DNA of 56,999 nucleotides from Dehalococcoidia bacterium (GTDB lineage Bacteria; Chloroflexota; Dehalococcoidia; UBA2979): NCBI GenBank assembly GCA_004296805.1, contig SCVR01000175.1, positions 1-56,999 of the forward strand, read 5' to 3'. The translations under genes and the position numbers were made by a program. Positions 51,793-56,999 of the stretch are shown here, one piece after another; position 1 is the first letter of the stretch; the number at the start of each line of letters is the position of its first letter. Under the pieces are notes generated by a model, which worked only from the letters and a program-made list of their open reading frames with translations, searched no databases and had not been told where the DNA came from.

Positions 51793-52128
51793 CTACTTGC
51801 CCTGGTCGCGCTCCTTGGCGCGCTGGAGCGCGCGGACGAGCATGCCCTTTTCCGGGATCGGCTTCCAGCCAGCCATGGTGTTGAAGTAGCGGACGCCAGC
51901 GGAGCGCTCGTCGGGCTCACGCTCCATGTACTCGACGTCGAAGCCGTCGATGCGGATCGTCGGTGACCCGAGGCACTTGGTGGGGAGCGCCTCTTCGTCG
52001 TTGCGGATCATGGTCTCCTTGACCTCGAGGTCGGGGAGACCGGCTTCCGCAAGCGACTCGCGCAGCAGCTTGCGAATGTCGTCGTGGTACTTCTTGCCGA
52101 GTTCGGTCAAGACCATCGTGACTTCCAT
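51793..52128 (-). CDS. Small thioredoxin-fold-like protein lacking a CxxC motif (DUF2703-like?)
   Basis: 111 aa. ...CLGSPTIRIDGFDVE... resembles the C-terminal half of thioredoxin-like DUFs. No N-terminal CxxC is present. Confidence 0.5.
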   Translation of the reverse strand: MEVTMVLTELGKKYHDDIRKLLRESLAEAGLPDLEVKETMIRNDEEALPTKCLGSPTIRIDGFDVEYMEREPDERSAGVRYFNTMAGWKPIPEKGMLVRALQRAKERDQGK

Positions 52129-52199
52129 CGAACGTCCCTCCTCGGGAGCCGGCCTGCCTGCGGGCCGGGGCCTGGGCGGTGGCCGGCGGGCGCCGGCCG

Positions 52200-53246
52200 T
52201 CAGTCGGTCGGGGGGGTGTCCTTCCCGCCGCGGGCATCCTCGCGCATGGGGGCGGTCTGCGCCAGTCGGTAGCGGAAATCGCAGTACGCGGCCCCCTGCA
52301 TGATGGTCTGGGTGCGGTCCAGGTGCAGGCCGTCCGAGTAGCCCTCGGAGAGGGCGAAGTCCCGGCTGCAGGAGAGCAGGAATCCGAGGTCGGCGGCGCC
52401 CATCCGGCGGTACATCTCCGCAAAGCGGCAGCCGACGACGTTGAACTCGAGATGACGTTCGTCCTGCCGGAGCGTCTCGATAGCGAGGTCGCCACCGGCG
52501 CCGCCCCAGGAGTCCTTCACCTGCACGAACCCGGGGAGGTCAGTGCGGCCGAGGGCCTCGGCGACATCGCGGCCCTGCTGGCGCGCGATGCCCTCGATGG
52601 TGTCGCGGGCGATGGCGTGGGCGCGCTCGACGCCGAGGTCGGCCTCGAGCCGGCGGATGAGTGGCACGAGCACCTCGGCCTCGATGCCGCGTTGCTGGAG
52701 CAGGGTGATGGGACGTGCGGCGCCGTCCGATGCAGCGCGGACCGCACGCCATGCGGCGATGACCTCGGTGTCGTGGTCGAAGGCGAGCGGTGGGAGGGCG
52801 TCGGGGTCGAAGAACGCGACCTCGATCGCCTCATCCCCGGCCGACGGTTCACCGGCCTCGATCGTGCCCGCATACGCGACGAAGACCACGGGATCATCCG
52901 CGCTGCTCCATGCGCCGAGCAGGTGGTCGATGCGCACCTCGACGTTGGCTTCTTCGCGGGCCTCGCGGCGTGCCGCCTCCTGCAGGATCTCGCCAGCGTC
53001 GACGAAGCCGGAGGGGAAGGCCCAGCGGCCGAGGGCGGGCTCGTGGTTGCGCCGCACTAGGAGGATGCGCCCCTCGCGTTCGGCGACGACGCCGACGGCG
53101 ACCTTCGGGTCGGGGTACCAGACGTAGCCGCAGCCCTCGGTCGCGCACCGCGCGCCGGCAGCAGGCGTCGCAAACTCCGCACCGCAGCGCGGGCAGTAGC
53201 GGGCGGGCGTGGGGAGCGGCTGCGGCATCTGGGGCCTCAAGGTCAA
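52200..53246 (-). CDS. Fusion protein: zinc-ribbon + NUDIX hydrolase + ATC-hydrolase-like (L-2-amino-thiazoline-4-carboxylate hydrolase family) domain
   Basis: CPRCGAEF...CATEGCGY. The NUDIX box is GFVDAGEILQEAARREAREEANV. The C-terminal HLEFNVVGCRFAEMYRRMGAADLGFLLSCSRDFALSEGYSDGLHLDRTQTIMQGAAYCDFRYR matches the ATC_hydrolase pattern as I recall it. Confidence 0.7.
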   Translation of the reverse strand: MTLRPQMPQPLPTPARYCPRCGAEFATPAAGARCATEGCGYVWYPDPKVAVGVVAEREGRILLVRRNHEPALGRWAFPSGFVDAGEILQEAARREAREEANVEVRIDHLLGAWSSADDPVVFVAYAGTIEAGEPSAGDEAIEVAFFDPDALPPLAFDHDTEVIAAWRAVRAASDGAARPITLLQQRGIEAEVLVPLIRRLEADLGVERAHAIARDTIEGIARQQGRDVAEALGRTDLPGFVQVKDSWGGAGGDLAIETLRQDERHLEFNVVGCRFAEMYRRMGAADLGFLLSCSRDFALSEGYSDGLHLDRTQTIMQGAAYCDFRYRLAQTAPMREDARGGKDTPPTD

Positions 53247-53248
53247 CG

Positions 53249-53995
53249 CTAGATGAACATGATGACGCGGCGGAACTGCTCGTGGTAGCGGCCGTCCGCG
53301 TCGCGCCAGTACTCGCGCATGCGGTCCAGTAGCTCAGGCGGGAACTGCGAAGTGTGGGCCCGCATCGCGGCGATCTTCGTCTCGAAGACATCGGTGATGT
53401 CGACGGAGAAGTTCGATCCGTTGCCGCCGAAGATGTAGAGCTCGCGCACCTTGTGCGGCTGCAGGCCTTCAGCGACCTGTTCCGGGAAGTTGAGGCGGTC
53501 GCGCGCGGCGGGGTAGACGGCGTCCACGGTGGCGAGGCCGGTGGCGCGGTGGTCAGAGTGGCTGACGAAGGAGTTGGCGATGATCACGGCCTCGGGGTCG
53601 TGGGTGTAGACGGCGTACGGCCGGAACTCACGGATCTCGCGGACGATCTCCCCGATCAGGGCGTGCGACCAGACCAGTTCGCCGTCCGTGTGGCCGAGGA
53701 AGCGCACGTCGCGGACACCGAGAATCTGCGCGGCGTCACGCTGTTCCTGCGCGCGCATCGCGATCAGTTCGGGCTGGGCGATCGCGGGGTCGTCGGAGCC
53801 CTTCGAGCCATCAGTGACGACGATGAAGCGGACATCCCAACCGGCGCGTGCGAGCAGGGCAGCGGTGCCGGCTGTACCGAAGTCGGCATCGTCCGGGTGG
53901 GCGGCGACAACGAGGGCGCGACGGAACTCGCCAGCGGCTTCGTCCGGCTCGCCGGGGCGTTCTTTGCCGAAGAGGTCTTCGAGTCCCGCGGGCAT
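53249..53995 (-). CDS. PIG-L/LmbE-family N-acetylglucosaminyl deacetylase (MshB/Mca/BshB-like)
   Basis: ALVVAAHPDDADFGTAGTAALL...FIVVTDGSKGSDD...SHSDHRATG. An alternative upstream start is ATG 54043. Confidence 0.8.
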   Translation of the reverse strand: MPAGLEDLFGKERPGEPDEAAGEFRRALVVAAHPDDADFGTAGTAALLARAGWDVRFIVVTDGSKGSDDPAIAQPELIAMRAQEQRDAAQILGVRDVRFLGHTDGELVWSHALIGEIVREIREFRPYAVYTHDPEAVIIANSFVSHSDHRATGLATVDAVYPAARDRLNFPEQVAEGLQPHKVRELYIFGGNGSNFSVDITDVFETKIAAMRAHTSQFPPELLDRMREYWRDADGRYHEQFRRVIMFI

Positions 53996-54065
53996 GTGGC
54001 CGTCCGTCCGGTGATGTGACTGAGGATCGATCGTAACCGGCATCGCGCGGGAACCGGCCGGGGGG

Positions 54066-55118
54066 TCAGCGACCCTCGCGCAGGTCGACCACCATCGGGT
54101 TGAAGCAGGCCACGCGGTGCCCCGGCGCGATCGGTACATCGCTGCCCGGCGTCGCCTCGGGGACGGCCAGCGGCGGCGAGGGATCGACGCGGCAGCGGGT
54201 GACCGCCTTCGGGCAGCGATCGAGGAAGGCGCACTCCTCACCGAGGGTGGCGAGGTCGGGCGGGTTACCGCGCATCGGCGTGAGCCGCGCGCCCGCCATC
54301 ACGCCGGGCAAGCTGCTGAGCAGGCCGTAGGTATACGGATGGCGGGGGCGGCGGAAGATCGTGAAGACATCGGCCTCCTCGGCCACGACGCCGCCGTACA
54401 TCACCATCACACGGTCCGCGAGGCGGGCGACGACCCCGAAGTCGTGCGTAATCAGCAGCACCGCAGTGCCGTTGTCCCGCATCTCCTCGAGCCAGTTGAG
54501 GGTCTCCAGCCGCACGGCGGGGTCGAGGTTCGCCGTGGGCTCGTCCGCGATGACGATCTTGGGGTGGAGCGCGGTCGCCATCGCGACCATCACGCGCTGC
54601 GCCATACCGCCGGAGAGCTGGAACGGGTAGGCATCGACGATGCGCTCCGCGTCCGGGAGCAGCGGGCGGAGGGCCTCGATGGCGGCGGCGCGCGCCGCTT
54701 TCGCGTCGAGCTTCTCGTGCGCGAGGAAGAGTTCGGCGATCTGCTCGCCGACGCGCAGGGTGGGCGTGAGTCCGGCCATCGCGTCCTGGAAGATCATCGC
54801 GATCTCGCCGCCGCGGACGTGACGGCGGGCGTCGCCCTTGAGGTCGAGGAGCGACTGGCCCTCGTAGAGGATCGAGCCGGTGACCTCGGCGTTGGTGGGC
54901 AGCAGACCGAGGGTGGCGAGTGCAACCGAGGACTTGCCGGCGGCGGACTCGCCGACGAGGGCGAGCACCTCGCCCGGGTAGAGATCCAGCGAGACGCCAC
55001 GGACCGCGGGGATCATCCCCTCCGGCCCCTGGTAGGCGGCGCGCAGGTCGCGCACGGAGAGGATCGGCGTGCGTGGCTCGCCGGCGTCGGTCGTCCTGGT
55101 GTCGCCCGCCTCGGACAT
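54066..55118 (-). CDS. ABC transporter ATP-binding protein, OppD/DppD type
   Basis: Walker A GESAAGKSS, signature LSGGMAQR and Walker B IVIADEPTANLD. A C-terminal oligopeptide-type extension is present (HPYTYGLLSS...C...C). Confidence 0.9.
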   Translation of the reverse strand: MSEAGDTRTTDAGEPRTPILSVRDLRAAYQGPEGMIPAVRGVSLDLYPGEVLALVGESAAGKSSVALATLGLLPTNAEVTGSILYEGQSLLDLKGDARRHVRGGEIAMIFQDAMAGLTPTLRVGEQIAELFLAHEKLDAKAARAAAIEALRPLLPDAERIVDAYPFQLSGGMAQRVMVAMATALHPKIVIADEPTANLDPAVRLETLNWLEEMRDNGTAVLLITHDFGVVARLADRVMVMYGGVVAEEADVFTIFRRPRHPYTYGLLSSLPGVMAGARLTPMRGNPPDLATLGEECAFLDRCPKAVTRCRVDPSPPLAVPEATPGSDVPIAPGHRVACFNPMVVDLREGR

Positions 55119-55227
55119 CTCGCCCCCGTGATCGATCCCGTGGATACGGTACTGCGGAGACGTGGCGAGGGCCTCGCCGCAGCGAGGCCCTCGGGTGGTG
55201 TGGGGCGCGAGCGCCTCGTATGAGTGG

Positions 55228-55860
55228 CTAGAACTGACGGATGGTGGCGACGAGGCGGCCCTGCACTTGCACGTTGCTGGCGTCTTCCAGGATCGGCGCC
55301 ATCGTCGAGTTCATCGGCTGGAGACGGACCTTGCGGCCTTCCGGGTAGTACTTCTTCAGCGTGGTCTCGCCGCGGTCCACGATCCACGCGGCCACGACCT
55401 CGCCTGGGTCCGCCGTCTGGCGTGGTTCCAGGACCACGATGTCACCGTCATTGATCAGCGCGTCGATCATCGAGGTGCCCTGCACGCGCAGCGCGTAGAG
55501 GTTCGTCTTGCCGCGCACCTGCTCGTCCGTGAGCTCGATGATGTCCAGCGGCGCGACGCTGTCCGGGTGCGTGGGGATCGGGATGCCAGCCGCGATCGGG
55601 CCGAGCACGGGCACCTGTACCGTCCGCCGGCGCCGCTCGCCCTGCCCGTTGAGCAGTTCGATGGCGCGCGAGACCTCGCGGTCCCGGCGGATCAGGCCCT
55701 TCTCCTCGAGGCGCTTGAGGTTGTAGTCCACCACGCTGGTGGACGAGATCCCGCAGCCCTGCTGGATGTCACGGATGCTCGGCGGGTAGTCATGCTCCCC
55801 GATGAACTGCTCCAGGAAGCGGAGGATGTCCTGCTGCTTCTCCGACAGACCGTCCGACAT
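55228..55860 (-). CDS. lexA: LexA repressor
   Basis: MSDGLSEKQQDILRFLEQFIGEHDYPPSIRDIQQGCGISSTSVVDYNLKRLEEKGLI. The Ala-Gly cleavage region is PIAAGIPI and the S24 motifs are GTSM...KKYY. Confidence 0.9.
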   Translation of the reverse strand: MSDGLSEKQQDILRFLEQFIGEHDYPPSIRDIQQGCGISSTSVVDYNLKRLEEKGLIRRDREVSRAIELLNGQGERRRRTVQVPVLGPIAAGIPIPTHPDSVAPLDIIELTDEQVRGKTNLYALRVQGTSMIDALINDGDIVVLEPRQTADPGEVVAAWIVDRGETTLKKYYPEGRKVRLQPMNSTMAPILEDASNVQVQGRLVATIRQF

Positions 55861-55963
55861 ACTGCGCGCCTCTCTCACGTCACACGCCGCCCGGCCTCGC
55901 AGCCAGACGGCCCGTGCGTCCCACCCCCACCGCATGCCGCCGAGCCTCGCAGCCCCCGCCGAG

Positions 55964-55984
55964 ACATCTGTGCGGCACAGATGT
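55964..55984. promoter_or_regulatory. Perfect 10-1-10 palindrome upstream of lexA (candidate operator)
   Basis: ACATCTGTGC-G-GCACAGATGT, ~104 nt upstream of the lexA ATG. The right arm extends to GCACAGATGTTC, one mismatch from GAAC-N4-GTTC. Confidence 0.35.
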
Positions 55985-56072
55985 TCTGTTCGGAACGAAG
56001 GCTACGGGAGTTCTGTCAACTCGTCAACATCGCGGCGGCAGGGGCTCGGCCGGCGCGACGGGGCTGGCGCGC

Positions 56073-56999
56073 CTAGCGGCGGGCGCCGCGGCCGGTGGGG
56101 GCGAGTGTGGCGAGGTGCACGACCAGCAGTTCGAGGGCGAGGGTGTCCGTGCGCTTCCCTGTCTTGATCTCCGTGTCGGCGGCCTCGACGGCGCGCAGGG
56201 CAGACTCGGCCGCCGCCCGCGAGGTCGCACGCGCCTGACGCATGAGCTTGGTGAGCGGGTAGCCGCGCGAGCCCGTGGCCTCGCCGATCGCCTGCTCGCT
56301 CGCGCGTGCCTCCATCAGTTCGGTCGCGCGCACGAGGTTGCGGATGGCGCGCGCCACGCGGTTCATCACGGCGATCGGGGTCTCCGAGGTCTCCTCCAGC
56401 ACGCGGCGGAGCATCACGATCGCATGCGCGGCGCGGCCTTCGATGATCGCGTCCACGAGTTCGAAGGTGCTCTCGTCGCGGGCGAGCGGCGTCATCACCT
56501 CGACGTCCGTCGCGGTGATCGGACGGCCGTTGGTGTAGGCGACGAGCTTCTCGAGTTCCGTCGCGATCATCCGCAGGTTCGCGCCAGCGAGGTCGGCGAG
56601 CAGGCCGATGGCCGCGCGCTCGATCGCGATGCCGTGATCGCGTGCGCGCCGTTCGATCCAGGACTCGACCTCGCTCGGCCCGCCGCCGAACGCGCGCGCA
56701 CGCAGCGCCGCGCACTGGGTCACGGTGACGTTCGGCATCCGTTTCAGCGCGGTGACCAGCGCGTGCGCACCCACGACGTCACGATCGCCCTGCTCTTTCG
56801 GTGGTGGTTCGAGCAGGACGACGTGGTTGCTGTCGGGCATCAGTGGCACGAAGTCGAGCAGTGGTTGCCAGGCGTCCGCGCTGCCCCGCCGTCCGCTGAG
56901 CGATGTGACGAGGCCTTCGACGACGACGAGGCGCGACGGCGCGAGGAAGGGGAGTGCCGACGCATGCTGGAGCAGCGTTGCGGGAGCGAGACCGCGGCC
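56073..56999 (-). CDS. holA: DNA polymerase III delta subunit (HolA), N-terminus outside the window
   Basis: ...LPFLAPSRLVVVEG...(frame open to the window edge)...IERAAIGLLADLAGANLRMIATELEKLVAY...ITATDVEVM...FELVDAIIEGRAAHAIVMLRRVL. Confidence 0.8.
   Translation of the reverse strand, partial: GRGLAPATLLQHASALPFLAPSRLVVVEGLVTSLSGRRGSADAWQPLLDFVPLMPDSNHVVLLEPPPKEQGDRDVVGAHALVTALKRMPNVTVTQCAALRARAFGGGPSEVESWIERRARDHGIAIERAAIGLLADLAGANLRMIATELEKLVAYTNGRPITATDVEVMTPLARDESTFELVDAIIEGRAAHAIVMLRRVLEETSETPIAVMNRVARAIRNLVRATELMEARASEQAIGEATGSRGYPLTKLMRQARATSRAAAESALRAVEAADTEIKTGKRTDTLALELLVVHLATLAPTGRGARR

Noticed and set aside
51793-52128. A second selenoprotein candidate: a thioredoxin-fold-like protein lacking its CxxC
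   Set aside because: The expected redox-motif region (TELGKKYHD) lies inside the ORF with no in-frame TGA. I saw no open upstream extension through a TGA, so nothing supports Sec here.
55861-56010. A canonical Gram-positive SOS (Cheo) box CGAAC-N4-GTTCG upstream of lexA
   Set aside because: Only partial matches are present (GCACAGATGTTC, GTTCCGAAC). I report the perfect palindrome as a candidate operator instead of asserting a Cheo box.

Overview
Very GC-rich bacterial chromosome segment. The gene content looks monoderm-like (Actinobacteria- or Chloroflexi-like: sortases, MshC-like ligase, luciferase-like monooxygenase (LLM) oxidoreductase, no L/P-ring genes seen); that lineage call is inference only. 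Three blocks are present. (1) 1-17.7 kb holds housekeeping and accessory metabolism: MFS transporters, crotonases, dehydrogenases, CorA and a sortase. Its left end carries a tRNA-Sec gene divergent from a ferredoxin:thioredoxin-reductase-like gene. (2) 17.9-44.5 kb is a flagellar region. It has two paralogous flagellin genes flanking a ~6 kb insert: a methyltransferase, twin small zinc-ribbon proteins, an SLT-LytM hydrolase, tRNA-His and a PDZ lipoprotein. These are followed by flaG-fliD-fliS-(flgN-like)-sortase-flgM and then fliF-fliG-fliH-fliI-fliJ-flgB-flgC-fliE-fliK-flgD-(TIGR02530-like)-flgE. Three uncharacterised genes follow flgE: a cNMP-like/DUF2225-like fusion, a beta-propeller and a Cys-rich protein. 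(3) 44.5-57 kb is mixed: a tandem degenerate nitrilase-fold protein, a fumarylacetoacetate hydrolase (FAH) family hydrolase, a PAAKK-repeat histone-like protein, an MshC-like ligase, a NUDIX-ATC-hydrolase fusion, a PIG-L deacetylase, an orphan OppD-type ATPase, lexA and holA. The strongest finding is the FTR-like gene. Its annotated stop is a TGA sitting exactly where the last Cys of the CPC-X16-CPC-X8-CHC signature belongs. The frame stays open with homology continuing past it, an fdhF-like hairpin with a GGUC loop follows the TGA, and selC lies ~100 nt away. This is probably a selenocysteine-containing FTR-like protein. No CRISPR arrays, rRNA genes, transposases or integrases were seen. Many long ORFs in the six-frame track are antisense or off-frame artefacts of the high GC content.
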